Assembly: GCA_965207735.1 (NCBI GenBank)
Contig: OZ242296.1
Span: 2,272,001-2,336,000 of the forward strand
DNA: 64,000 bases
Source: Candidatus Versatilivorator sp.
GTDB lineage: Bacteria > Acidobacteriota > Terriglobia > Versatilivoradales > Versatilivoraceae
Direction of reading: 5' to 3'
Position numbers and translations under genes: made by a program. The notes under the pieces were generated by a model, which saw nothing but the letters and a program-made list of their open reading frames with translations, was not told the DNA's origin and ran no database searches. Below, piece after piece: positions 39,669-49,570 of the stretch. Within the stretch, counting starts at the first letter, position 1, and each line of letters opens with the position of its first letter.

Positions 39669-40667
39669 ATGACAAAGGACTGGGAACTCAGGGAGTGCGA
39701 CCGGGAGCTTTTTGAAAGAGAGTTGCGAAGCTTCGTGCCGGAGAAGATCTTTGACGCCCACGCCCATCTCTACGAGACCTGGCACTGGGGACGCGGCGAG
39801 GATGGAATGCAGGGGCCCAGGGTGGCGACCCTGGCCGAGTTTCGCCGCCTGATGGAGTGGATCACGCCCGGCAGCCATACCACCGCGCTGTTTTTCGGGG
39901 TGGGCTTCAGCGACGAACGCTTCCGCCAGGCAAACGAGTTCGTGGCGGCCGAGGTGAGCCTGGACCCGGAATGCCGCGGGCAGATGCTGGTCTCCCCCCG
40001 CATGGACCCCGAGGAGGTCCGACAGGAGGCCAAGCGGCTGGGTTATACCGGGCTCAAGGTCTACCACTCCTTCGTACAGGGAGAAGTCACCTGGCATGCG
40101 GATATTTCCAAGTTTCTCACCGAAGAGCACGTGCGGGTGGCCCACCAGGAGGGCTGGACCATCACTCTCCACATGGTGAAGGACCGAGCCATGGCCGATC
40201 CCGCCAACCAGCAGCGAATCGTGGAGTACTGCACCCGGTACCCGGACATGAAGCTCATCCTGGCCCACGCGGCCCGGGGCTTCAACCCCTATCACACGGT
40301 GGAGGGCATCCACGCTCTGAAGGGACTGCGCAACGTCTGGTGCGACACCTCGGCGGTCACCGAGGCCGGCGCCTTCGAGGCCATCGTGGACACGCTGGGC
40401 CACGACCGGCTGTTGTGGGGGTCCGATTTTCCGGTCAGCCACGGACGGGGGCGCTGCATAGCCATCGGCGACCAGTTTTTCTGGCTGGGAGAGGACAGCC
40501 TGGACTGGGACAGCGTGGCGGCCCAAGCCTCCATTCAACCCGTGCTGACGGGCCTGGAGTCCCTGAGAGTCCTGAAGCTGGCTGCCCGGCATCTGCGGCT
40601 GAGCGACAGCCAGGTGGAGGACATCTTCTACCACAACGCCCGGAGGATGCTGGGAATGGAGGGATGA
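39669..40667 (+). CDS. Amidohydrolase-superfamily protein (Amidohydro_2)
   Basis: FDAHAH, GLKVYH, TLH, ILAH, CDTS, LLWGSDFP; AGAGGAG RBS. Confidence 0.88.
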   Translation: MTKDWELRECDRELFERELRSFVPEKIFDAHAHLYETWHWGRGEDGMQGPRVATLAEFRRLMEWITPGSHTTALFFGVGFSDERFRQANEFVAAEVSLDPECRGQMLVSPRMDPEEVRQEAKRLGYTGLKVYHSFVQGEVTWHADISKFLTEEHVRVAHQEGWTITLHMVKDRAMADPANQQRIVEYCTRYPDMKLILAHAARGFNPYHTVEGIHALKGLRNVWCDTSAVTEAGAFEAIVDTLGHDRLLWGSDFPVSHGRGRCIAIGDQFFWLGEDSLDWDSVAAQASIQPVLTGLESLRVLKLAARHLRLSDSQVEDIFYHNARRMLGMEG

Positions 40668-40677
40668 GGGAAGCGGG

Positions 40678-40815
40678 CAAGCCCGCATTTCTCACCAGGG
40701 GGCATGCCCAGCGCAGTCTGTTGCCCGCAAGCCCTTCCCACGAATCCAATCAAAGTACTGAAGACAAACTACTTGTCGTCATGGCACCAGCGGCCTGGTG
40801 AGAAATGCGGCCTAG
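40678..40815. mobile_element. Shorter, inverted copy of the CTAG-bounded MITE
   Basis: Same TIRs; interior is the reverse complement of the left half of the 5145 element. Confidence 0.8.
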
Positions 40816-42797
40816 AACAGCGGTCGGCCGACCATGACCGGTTCCGGGGGGAGGCCGAACTCGGCCAGGATGGTGGGAGCCAGGTCGGTCAGGGCCGGCT
40901 TTTCCAGTCGGATCTTGCGATTGCTGATCAGAATCCCGGGAACCGCCTCGGCGTGGATCAGGTGGTCCCCGCTCCACTGGTCGAGATTGTCCTCCAGCAC
41001 CGTCTCCGGGAACCTGCCCAGGGTGGTTTCCCAGGAAGCCCGGTAGCCGCGGTGGTAGCCAAGGACCAGGTCGGGACCTGTCCGCGCCAGGGGGCCGTTG
41101 TAGATCCGGTCCGGCCGGTGCACCCGGGCCACCACCGCCTCCCCCGAGTCCGGATCGCGCAGCTCCAGCAGCCGGGCCGTGATTTCCCCGAGAAGCGCCT
41201 CCTCTTCCGCTCCCTTGCGGACGATCCCCCGCGGCTCCCTGCGGTAGAGGTTGAGGTAGAGTCCGTTGAAGCCGAACCCGTAGGCGCGGGTCCGGCTCCA
41301 GTCGACATTGCGCAGCATGCCATCCTCGGAGCCCCGCATCAGGGTGATGTACCCCTGCTGGCGGAGCCAGGTATTCAGATGAAAGGCGCGGTAAAAGGGA
41401 GCAAACCCGTGATCCGACATCACCAGCAGGGTGGTGCGGCCGTCGACCTCCTCCAACACCCGCCCCAGGACCCGGTCCATCTCGAGGTAAGCGTCGGGAA
41501 TCGTATCGGCATAGGGTGAATCCGGCTGAAAGCCCGGATGGCGGGGATCCATGTTCCTCCAGAACATGTGACTGAGCTGATCCAGCCGGCCCAGATAGAA
41601 GAAGAACAAGCCCTGCCGGAAGTCCCTCAAACCGGCCTCCAGCATCCGCAGCTCTTCCTCGAAGACCGAGTCCGCCTGCTGCAGGAACTCTTGCTCGTCC
41701 AGGATCCCCGAGGAAAGTGCCTTGGTGTCTTCGGGGATGCCCAGGGTCGAGAACAGACCAATCTGCTCGCACAGTCGGTGGCTGTAGTCGGCCGGCTGCG
41801 AGATCGGAAGTGCCGGATGGGAGGGGTGGATATTGACCGGGCTCACGTAGATCTGAAGGCGGGGGGCCACCTGCTTCAGATAGAAGCGGCAGATTCCCCG
41901 TACGCTGTGCAGCCAGGGCACCAACTCGAATTCGACCTCGATCCACTGGCTCCAGCTCCCTTCCTGCAGCAGAAACTGGCGGTCTCCGAGCTCGATCCGC
42001 ACCACCCGGCTCTCGGGGTCGACGGTTCCCTGGAAGGGCGCCCAGGCCTTGTCGATATCCGTCCTGAAGGGATTGGGCGGACCCATCAATCGGGACTGGA
42101 AACGACGGTCGCGAACCGTCAGGGGAATGACCTTCCCCCCGGACACCTCCCCGGAGGGAGTCTCCGGGTCCTGGGTGTAATAGGAGAAGGTGCCGTAGGT
42201 CCCCTGAAGATCGGGGGTGCCCATACCGGAGAGCTGGTGGCCGGACTCGCCGGCCGGTGGGAAGTTGGCCGGCGCGCGCAGTATGGCGGAGGGGATTCCA
42301 TGGCGGCCAAGGATCTCCCAGAAGGCGCTGCCGCGGCGCAAGAGCGTCACCCGGCCCGCCGAGAGCGGCACTCGCCAGGAACCCAGCGACAGTGCATAGG
42401 CGCCTTCCTCGCTGCGGGAGGTGGACAGGTAGGGTGAGAGGGTGGCCGGGTCCCGGTGAATGAAATCGAAGATTCCGTGCCCCCCCGGGTTCATGCCGGT
42501 GATGAAGCTGGACCAGGCCACGGGGCTTTGAGGAGGAATGCTGGTCCGCAAGGGGCGGAAATGATCTTCCTCCATGAAGCGGCCGAAGTTGGGCATCCGA
42601 CCCTGCTCCACGAACCGGGCCAGCAGGACCGGGTCCATGCCGTCGATGCCCAGCACGATCACCTTTTTGTCGGTGGCCGTCCCGGTGGAAGGCCCGGCCT
42701 GGCAGCAGGTCAGCGCCAGGGGCAGCACCAGGCCGGGCAGCCATGCCATTACCCTCTTGTGACCGCCGCGTGATCTGCCGGCTCTGGCCGGAACCAT
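40812..42797 (-). CDS. Alkaline phosphatase-superfamily (nucleotide pyrophosphatase/phosphodiesterase-like) protein, probably exported
   Basis: VLGIDGMD, PPQSPVAWSSFITGMNPGGHGIFDF, MSDHGF, WSGDH; true start may be ATG near 42749. Confidence 0.85.
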   Translation of the reverse strand: MVPARAGRSRGGHKRVMAWLPGLVLPLALTCCQAGPSTGTATDKKVIVLGIDGMDPVLLARFVEQGRMPNFGRFMEEDHFRPLRTSIPPQSPVAWSSFITGMNPGGHGIFDFIHRDPATLSPYLSTSRSEEGAYALSLGSWRVPLSAGRVTLLRRGSAFWEILGRHGIPSAILRAPANFPPAGESGHQLSGMGTPDLQGTYGTFSYYTQDPETPSGEVSGGKVIPLTVRDRRFQSRLMGPPNPFRTDIDKAWAPFQGTVDPESRVVRIELGDRQFLLQEGSWSQWIEVEFELVPWLHSVRGICRFYLKQVAPRLQIYVSPVNIHPSHPALPISQPADYSHRLCEQIGLFSTLGIPEDTKALSSGILDEQEFLQQADSVFEEELRMLEAGLRDFRQGLFFFYLGRLDQLSHMFWRNMDPRHPGFQPDSPYADTIPDAYLEMDRVLGRVLEEVDGRTTLLVMSDHGFAPFYRAFHLNTWLRQQGYITLMRGSEDGMLRNVDWSRTRAYGFGFNGLYLNLYRREPRGIVRKGAEEEALLGEITARLLELRDPDSGEAVVARVHRPDRIYNGPLARTGPDLVLGYHRGYRASWETTLGRFPETVLEDNLDQWSGDHLIHAEAVPGILISNRKIRLEKPALTDLAPTILAEFGLPPEPVMVGRPLF

Positions 42798-42905
42798 GGT
42801 GCTCCTCGTTGGTGCGCCAGCCGACTGGTTTCGGGAGCAGGGCGGGTGGGCGCACCCGGTCGCTTGCTGTATACTACCCGGCGAGCCTGCCAGGAATTAG
42901 CCGGA

Positions 42906-43631
42906 ATGACCGATCCAACCGATTTCTTCGACCTGACCCAATTCGAGCACCGGGATCTTTGGCGCCGGGGCGATCGGGTGTGGGACGCCTTGAAACGGCT
43001 GCACGCCTACCTCGAAGCCCTGATCCCGCCCGGGTCCACCGACATTCAGGGGGAGGTCTCCCCGGGGGCCACGCTCCATGGAACGGGGATCCACATCGGC
43101 CCGGGCACGGTTGTGGAAGACGGCGCCCATATCGCCGGGCCCGCCTTGATCGGCAGTGACTGCCGGATCCGGCACGGCGCCTACGTCCGCGGAGGCGTGA
43201 TCGCCGGAGACGGCTGCGTCATCGGCCACGCCACCGAAGTGAAGGGCGCCATCCTGCTCGATCAGAGCAAGGCCCCCCACTTCGCCTACGTGGGAGACAG
43301 CATCCTGGGACAGGGAGCCAACCTGGGAGCCGGCACCAAGCTCTCCAATCTCACCCTGGTCAGCGCCAGGAACTCCGAGACCGGCCGACGGCCCACGCTG
43401 CAGATCCGCATAGACGACCGGACCTACGACACCGGCCTGACCAAGCTGGGCGCCATACTGGGAGATGACGTCCAGACCGGCTGCAACTGCGTCACCCACC
43501 CGGGGTGCCTGGTGGGTCCGCGCACGCTCATCTACGCCAACGTGGCGCTCCGAAAGGGCTACACCCCGGCCGACAGCCTGGTCAAGCTCAGCCAGGCCAC
43601 GACCGTGGTCACTCGACGCCGGAAGGACTAG
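42906..43631 (+). CDS. Left-handed beta-helix protein (GlmU/sugar-phosphate transferase C-terminal-like)
   Basis: Hexapeptide repeats, IRHGAYVRG, HFAYVGDSILG, NLGAGT, KLGAILGD. Confidence 0.85.
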   Translation: MTDPTDFFDLTQFEHRDLWRRGDRVWDALKRLHAYLEALIPPGSTDIQGEVSPGATLHGTGIHIGPGTVVEDGAHIAGPALIGSDCRIRHGAYVRGGVIAGDGCVIGHATEVKGAILLDQSKAPHFAYVGDSILGQGANLGAGTKLSNLTLVSARNSETGRRPTLQIRIDDRTYDTGLTKLGAILGDDVQTGCNCVTHPGCLVGPRTLIYANVALRKGYTPADSLVKLSQATTVVTRRRKD

Positions 43632-43673
43632 CCCGCATTTCTCACCAGGGGGCTGGCGAGAAATGCGGGCTAG
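43628..43673. mobile_element. Minimal 46-bp MITE (TIRs only) between convergent genes
   Basis: CTAGCCCGCATTTCTCACCAG-GGGG-CTGGCGAGAAATGCGGGCTAG; each CTAG contains a gene's TAG stop. Confidence 0.8.
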
Positions 43674-44425
43674 AGGTAGATCTCGCGGGCGTGGCCCCGC
43701 AGGTCCATCTCATAGTCGATGTCGACAATGGGCGGGCGGGCATAGTGCCACACGAGGCCGCGGAGGCTGGCAGCCCCCATCCGGGAGTGAATTCCCTCCT
43801 CGATGAAGGGGTGAATGTCGTACACGGTATAGACCGTGACCTCGGTTACCTGGGACCAGTCCTTCTCCAGGTCCACCAGGCGCTGATCCAGGATTTGCAT
43901 GACGGCCGCGTTCTTCTCCCGGATCGCCTCCGGCGAGGTGTCTCCGCTACGGACGATGGTGCTTCCCCCATCCGGCGAGGCCGTGATTTCACCGGCCCCG
44001 GCAGCCACGAAGGTGGACCGTTGCAGGCCGGGCGCCGGAGCGGTGAAGGCAAAGGCAAACAGCGAGGCCTCGGCGGGAGGACCCACTACCGGCGCCACGT
44101 TGGTTCTGGCCATGGGGTTGACCCCGTCCACCAGGATCCGCCAGTCGGCCACCAGGGATCGGTACCCCTGATTGAATTCGCTGAAGCCCTCGGCGGTGAA
44201 AGGGCGCGCACAACGCAGCTCTACGGCGCAGAGAGCCTGGCGCCGCCTTCCCTGTTCCTGCAGAAAGGCATCGATGAGATCGAAACCCTGACGCCAGGGC
44301 AGCAACTCTTTCAGCGTGACACGAACGATCTCGTAGCCCGGTGCGGAAACCACTCCGTCCGAAAAGGCTTCCCCTCCCGGCGCAAAGAGATAATTTCCTC
44401 CAGGATTATTGACAAGCATGGCCAC
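43670..44425 (-). CDS. CnbZ-like (2-amino-5-chloromuconate deaminase family) protein
   Basis: GNYLF...GVV..PGYEIVRV, ALCAVELR...PFT..GF..FN..Y, NPMARTNVAP, TFVAAGAGE; family recalled from memory. Confidence 0.65.
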   Translation of the reverse strand: MAMLVNNPGGNYLFAPGGEAFSDGVVSAPGYEIVRVTLKELLPWRQGFDLIDAFLQEQGRRRQALCAVELRCARPFTAEGFSEFNQGYRSLVADWRILVDGVNPMARTNVAPVVGPPAEASLFAFAFTAPAPGLQRSTFVAAGAGEITASPDGGSTIVRSGDTSPEAIREKNAAVMQILDQRLVDLEKDWSQVTEVTVYTVYDIHPFIEEGIHSRMGAASLRGLVWHYARPPIVDIDYEMDLRGHAREIYL

Positions 44426-44430
44426 CTCCC

Positions 44431-45012
44431 TCAGTTGGATTGAATACGCAAGCCTTGACCGCCGCCCTCCTGCAGGGCGGGCAATATCTCCAGAATTTCC
44501 GCAAGTGTTTCCTTTTGAAGGCCTTGAAGCAGGTTGAGCCTCCCGTAGAGAAGGGTTCCCGGGCAGGGTCCTTGCAGGGCCCGGCTGATCGGCTCATCGG
44601 CTTCGACTCGAAGGAACGCCCTGGGTCGGCTCTGGTGCTCCAGCCGGTGGCGGTGGAGAATGGCCCCCAGGGGTCTCCGGCCCTGCAGGATCTCCTCTCT
44701 TGCCGGTAGGGGAAAAGCACCCAGGTGAATCCGAATGGCCCCGAACACCACCGGAATCCCCTCTTGCTCCAACATCAGCAGGACCTGTCGCGTGAGCAGG
44801 CCCCCGGATATCCATTGTTGCACGACCCGTAGTTGGATCGGCTGGCCAAAGGCCGCCTCCAGGGTGGGGGTCATGTCCCGCTCGTGAACCAGCAGCCTCC
44901 GGTAGGGTTGGGGCACCTCCTCCCCGTCCAGGCGGAAGACGGCGGGCGGCGGCGCCCCCATTCGGTCGTAGCACTCTCGGAGCGGGTAAAGCAGGTCAGC
45001 GCGATGATCCAT
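44431..45012 (-). CDS. Chorismate lyase/UTRA-fold-like protein
   Basis: PQPYRRLLVHERDMTPTLE, RQVLL, EILQGRRPLGAIL, LYGR, AEILEILP. Confidence 0.6.
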   Translation of the reverse strand: MDHRADLLYPLRECYDRMGAPPPAVFRLDGEEVPQPYRRLLVHERDMTPTLEAAFGQPIQLRVVQQWISGGLLTRQVLLMLEQEGIPVVFGAIRIHLGAFPLPAREEILQGRRPLGAILHRHRLEHQSRPRAFLRVEADEPISRALQGPCPGTLLYGRLNLLQGLQKETLAEILEILPALQEGGGQGLRIQSN

Positions 45013-45019
45013 TCCAGAG

Positions 45020-45161
45020 GCCCGATGCGCCGAACAGCCCGATCGCGGTTCCACCGAACCGCCGCCTTCGATTCAGCCTGTGGGAGTCCTGCGACCTAAA
45101 GGAATTGTGGCGGCGCCGGGCAACGGTAAGAACCCATCCAAACAGGTCGCCGCCGCAGGGC
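45020..45161 (-). ncRNA. Candidate structured RNA or 5' leader (long imperfect rod)
   Basis: Nested pairings GCCC/GGGC, UGCG/CGCA, GGUUC/GAACC, ACCGUUGCC/GGCGGCGGU, with G-U pairs only on the minus strand; TGnTAGGAT extended -10 immediately upstream. Confidence 0.3.
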
Positions 45162-45176
45162 TATCCTAGCACAAAT

Positions 45177-45208
45177 GGAAGAAAGTCCCCGGGCGGACGC
45201 CCGGGGAC
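45177..45208 (-). terminator. Probable intrinsic terminator of the HtrA protease gene
   Basis: Perfect inverted repeat GTCCCCGGGCG-GA-CGCCCGGGGAC followed on the minus strand by TTTCTT, 18 bp after the stop. Confidence 0.6.
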
Positions 45209-45226
45209 CGTTGAATTGCGGCAGTT

Positions 45227-46744
45227 TCAGGGAAGGGTGGCGGCCAGGTAGAGAGTGACCGCCTCCCCGGCGTCGGGTTGGCCCCGTTTCACCAGGAACA
45301 GGACATCACTGCCCGACTGAAGTTCTCCAGACAGCTTGGCCAGCCGTGCGGGGCTGGTAACAGCCGACTTGTTGAGCTCCAGCAGGACGTCCCCGGGCCT
45401 CAGGCCGGCGTCATCGGCCACGCTTCCGGGCTCCACCTCCAGGATCAGGACCCCGACCGCCTTGTCGCCCAGTTGGCGCTTCCATTGGGGCGAAAGGTCC
45501 TGGACACGCAGGCCCAGCTCGAGGCTGTCGGACCCCTGACCCGGCCCCGATTGGGCCACCTGCTGCTCGGCAAAGACCTCGGACCGGTCCCCCACGGTCA
45601 ACCTGGCCGTCCGCTTCTTGCCCTCCCGGAGGAATTCGACCTCCACCGTCTCTCCGGGCGCCGTTTCGGACAGCATGGGATAGAGGTCGGCCGGCTCGCC
45701 GATCTTGGTGCCGTTGAATCCGACGATAACGTCACCCGGTTGCAAACCCGCCCGGTCCGCCGGACCATCCTTGGGCCGGACCTGCTGGACGATGACTCCC
45801 TTGCCGTCGGTGGCTCCCAGGGCTCTCAGGGCCTGTGGACTGGCCTCGGTCTGCATGCTGATCCCCAGGGCGCCCCGGGTGACCCGGCCATGCTTGACAA
45901 GCTGGTTGTAGACCTGAATGGCGGTATTGGAGGGAACGGCAAAACCGACTCCGGAGTTGTCGCCGGAGGAACTCAGGATGGACGTGTTGACCCCGATCAC
46001 CTCCCCGGCCAGGTTCACCAGCGGACCGCCGGAATTGCCCCGGTTGATGGCGGCATCGGTCTGCAGAAAGCGCTGCCACTGGGACCGGCCGCGCCGAGCG
46101 GTAGCGCTGATGATTCCGGCGGTGACCGTACGTTCCAGGCCGAAGGGACTGCCGATGGCCAGGACCCAGTCTCCCCGACGCATGCCGTCCGAGTTGCCCA
46201 ATCTGGCGGCTTCCAGCGGCTTCCCGGCATCGATCTCGATCACCGCCAGATCGGTGTAGCTGTCGCTGCCGACGATCTTGGCCGGAAACTCCTCGCCCGA
46301 GGCCAGTTCTACCTGAATCTTGTCGGCGCCGTTGACGACATGATGGTTGGTGAGGATATATCCCTTGGCGTCGACCACAAATCCCGAGCCCAGGGACTCG
46401 CGCTTGTGACTTCGATCCGGCGGCAGGTCCCCCCCGAAGTAGCGGTGGAAGAAGTCGAAGGGATCCTGAAACTGTTGTCTCCCTCCACCGCCCCGGCCCG
46501 GCATCCGGAAGCGATGCCTCCTCACCAGGGTTTCGGTGTTGATGTTGACCACGGCCCGATCGACCGCGTCCGAGACCTCCGAAAAGCGGGAAGACAGCTC
46601 GGCGGCCGTCGGAACATTGAGGGTGGCGGGCGCGGGCGGCGCCGTGCTGGCGTCAAGAGGCTGATGCATCAACCTCCCGGCAACCTGGCCCACCACCAGG
46701 GCGGCTGCAATCGCTCCCGCGGCGATGATCTTGTTGGCGTTCAT
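45227..46744 (-). CDS. HtrA/DegP-DegQ serine endoprotease with two PDZ domains
   Basis: LGSGF, TNHHVV, DLAVI, QTDAAINRGNSGGPL, two PDZ domains. Confidence 0.95.
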   Translation of the reverse strand: MNANKIIAAGAIAAALVVGQVAGRLMHQPLDASTAPPAPATLNVPTAAELSSRFSEVSDAVDRAVVNINTETLVRRHRFRMPGRGGGGRQQFQDPFDFFHRYFGGDLPPDRSHKRESLGSGFVVDAKGYILTNHHVVNGADKIQVELASGEEFPAKIVGSDSYTDLAVIEIDAGKPLEAARLGNSDGMRRGDWVLAIGSPFGLERTVTAGIISATARRGRSQWQRFLQTDAAINRGNSGGPLVNLAGEVIGVNTSILSSSGDNSGVGFAVPSNTAIQVYNQLVKHGRVTRGALGISMQTEASPQALRALGATDGKGVIVQQVRPKDGPADRAGLQPGDVIVGFNGTKIGEPADLYPMLSETAPGETVEVEFLREGKKRTARLTVGDRSEVFAEQQVAQSGPGQGSDSLELGLRVQDLSPQWKRQLGDKAVGVLILEVEPGSVADDAGLRPGDVLLELNKSAVTSPARLAKLSGELQSGSDVLFLVKRGQPDAGEAVTLYLAATLP

Positions 46745-47012
46745 TGTTTCTTCGTCTCCTTTCATTAGGTTTCTCCTGAATTCCTGACTGGATCTCAGGA
46801 AGCTGCGCAAACTCCGCCAGGGAATAGAGCAATCGGGGTGCCAAAGTCTTCCAATAGGCTCCATGGGAACATAATCTATTTATTTTCTATATGTTATAAG
46901 CATGTTCTCCCGGTGGGAGCGCTGGGGCAGTGTCAGCCCGAGCGCCCTTTTGGCATGATCGGCGGCTTCATTTGCGCCGATTCTGCACAAGAGGATTGCT
47001 GCCGCGGCGAAA

Positions 47013-47568
47013 TGGCTTGTCTGAAACAAACGACAAACGAAAAAAGGCAAAAGACAAAAGACCTATCCACGAAGGGGCACGAAGAACGACGAAGGGGCAC
47101 TAAGGCGCTGAGGTTAACCGCGACGGGGTACCAAGGTCGCGAAGGGTTGATCGATTTCTGATTGTTTCACTCTCGTATGATCCGCACACCGGAGCGGGGG
47201 CGGGACTTGTCTGAAACAACCGTCAAACGACAAAACGACAAAAGAAAAAGACTTTTCCACGAAGGGGCACGAAGAACGACAAAGGGGCACTAAGGCGCTG
47301 AGGTTGGCCGCGACGGGGTACCAAGCTCGTGAAGGGATGGTCGATTTCTGGTTGTTTCACTCCCGAATGATCCGCACACCAGGGCGGGGGCCGGACTTAC
47401 CTGAAACAAAAGAAAAAAGACAAAAGACTTATCCACGAAGGGGCACGAAGAACGACGAAGGGGCACTAAGGCGCTGAGGTTAACCGCGACGGGGTACCAA
47501 GGTCGCGAAGGGTTGATCGATTTCTGATTGTTTCACTCTCGTATGATCCGCACACCAGGGCGGGGGCG
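47013..47568. repeat. Tandem array of three ~185-bp family C units (inverted relative to 38972)
   Basis: CTGAAACAA...CCACGAAGGGGCACGAAGAACGAC...TTGTTTCACTC..ATGATCCGCACACC three times; partial fourth copy near 47745. Confidence 0.9.
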
Positions 47569-47886
47569 ACACTTGTTGGCAATTGACAATCCCCGGGCGA
47601 ACGCCCGGGCGACCCATCGAGCCGCGGAGCGGCGCCAGCAGGTAGCCGTGGGCGTGAGCCCATGGAATGGGGTAGCTCCACGTCGAGCCGCGTAGGCGGC
47701 GACAGCAGATGGCCGAAAGCGCGAGGCCCCGGAGACCGGCTCTCCTGAAACAACAGAAAAAAGAGTTATCCACGAAGGACGACCAAGGGCCACCAAGCGT
47801 GACGGCTCTGCCGCATCGGCAGGGCGCGGCCCGGCAAGCCGGCGCGTGCCCCCTTGAGGAGCAAGAGTGATGGGAGGACGACCCAC

Positions 47887-48089
47887 CCGGGAGCGCGGGC
47901 GTCCCGCCCGCATCCTCTGCCTTGGGTTGCCGCTCAGTTTCCCTGCGATAGCGCACCCGTCCACCGTGCCGGTGGGAATCGCATGGGCTCGGCCGAAGCA
48001 GAGGTATGGCGCCCTTGCCGGTCGACCCGGGGCGAGGAGATGGGCGAGGCTTTGCCAGTGTTGTGCGGGCGGGACGCCCGCGCTCCCGG
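47887..48089. repeat. REPIN-like element with a perfect 26-bp inverted repeat
   Basis: CCGGGAGCGCGGGCGTCCCGCCCGCA (47887-47912) and its exact reverse complement (48064-48089). Confidence 0.8.
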
Positions 48090-48376
48090 CTGGGCTTTCT
48101 CCCCTGACGCCGTGACACCAACGTCACAATTTTGCAGATGCACCCGGGCGCCGCTCGTCATTGAAGGTGCTCCATCCCTATTCGTGTTCATTCGTGCCTA
48201 TTCGTGGTTCGCTTTTTCCTCAAGCGATCCGCGCGGCGCTTCGGACAATCGTTTCCGCCACGCCAAACACACTCTTCACTCCTCGTTTTCTTCTCAAGAG
48301 TGCAACTCCTGGTGAGAAATGCGGGCCAGTGGCTGGTGTGCCTGTGATATAAGGCCCCGCAGGAAGGTGCCCTCCC

Positions 48377-49570
48377 ATGGATGTAGTGGTGCAGAAATAT
48401 GGCGGGAGCTCGGTGGCGGATCTCCCCAGGCTGGAGGGTGTGGCCGACCGGATTGCCCGTAGCGCCGCCAGGGGCGAACGGATCTGCACCGTGGTGTCGG
48501 CCATGGGTCGAACCACCGACGACCTGCTGGCCCTGGCTCGCCAGGTGACGGAGACGCCCCCGCGGCGCGAGCTGGACATGCTGCTCTCGACCGGGGAGCG
48601 CATCGCCATGGCGCTGCTGGCCATGGCCATTCAGAAGCGGGGCCTGGAAGCCATCTCCTTCACCGGCTCCCAATCGGGAATCATCACCAACGACCGCCAC
48701 TCGGACGCCCAGATCATCGAGGTGCGCCCGGTGCGCATCCAGGACGAGCTGTCCCGAGGCAAGGTGGTCATCGTGGCCGGCTTCCAGGGGATGTCCTACC
48801 GCCGCGAGATCACCACCCTGGGCCGGGGTGGCTCCGACGCCACCGCTGTCGCCCTGGCTTCGGCCCTGGGCGCCTCCTACTGCGAGATCTGCTCGGACGT
48901 GGACGGCGTCTACACGGCCGATCCGCGGCGAGTGCCGGAAGCCTTTCTGCTGGAGAACGTCTCCTACGACGAAATGCTGGAACTGGCCGCCCACGGCGCC
49001 CAGGTCCTGAACGTTCAGGCGGTGGAGTGGGCCCGCAAGACCGGGGTCACCATCCTCACCAGCGCGGCTCACCGGGAGGGAGGCCACTCCCGGGTGGACA
49101 CCCGAGGCACAGGCCTGCCGGCCTGCGGAGTGACGGTTGCAGCCAACCTGGCTCGCCTGAGTTTCGGGGGCAGCGATGAGGAGCTGCGTACCCGGCTCGG
49201 GGAGTTGGGGCTGCCCTTCAGGCCTTGCCGGAGAGGCGCCCAAGGGGAAGCCTGCTGCGTGGTCGCCGCCGGCGAGCTTCCCGAATGGCCGGCGCTTCGA
49301 AGCAAGCTGAGCAGCCGCCTGGGCCGGCGGCTCACTCTCCACGAAGGGATGTCCGGACTGTCGGTGGTCGGAATGGGTCTGGCTTCCGACGCCGCCGGGC
49401 CGGCGCTGGAGACGGCCGGGCAGTCGGGAGTAGAGGTCCTGGGGGTGGAGTCGTCGCCGCGGCGGATCACCCTGCTGGTGGCCGAAAGTCAGGCCACCCG
49501 CCTCACCGCCGCCCTGCACCGGACCTTTATCGAGTCTACCGGCCGTCCCGCAGAAGATCCTCCAGGGTAA
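48377..49570 (+). CDS. lysC: Aspartate kinase
   Basis: [46 protein letters not shown]; ACT region looks divergent. Confidence 0.93.
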   Translation: MDVVVQKYGGSSVADLPRLEGVADRIARSAARGERICTVVSAMGRTTDDLLALARQVTETPPRRELDMLLSTGERIAMALLAMAIQKRGLEAISFTGSQSGIITNDRHSDAQIIEVRPVRIQDELSRGKVVIVAGFQGMSYRREITTLGRGGSDATAVALASALGASYCEICSDVDGVYTADPRRVPEAFLLENVSYDEMLELAAHGAQVLNVQAVEWARKTGVTILTSAAHREGGHSRVDTRGTGLPACGVTVAANLARLSFGGSDEELRTRLGELGLPFRPCRRGAQGEACCVVAAGELPEWPALRSKLSSRLGRRLTLHEGMSGLSVVGMGLASDAAGPALETAGQSGVEVLGVESSPRRITLLVAESQATRLTAALHRTFIESTGRPAEDPPG

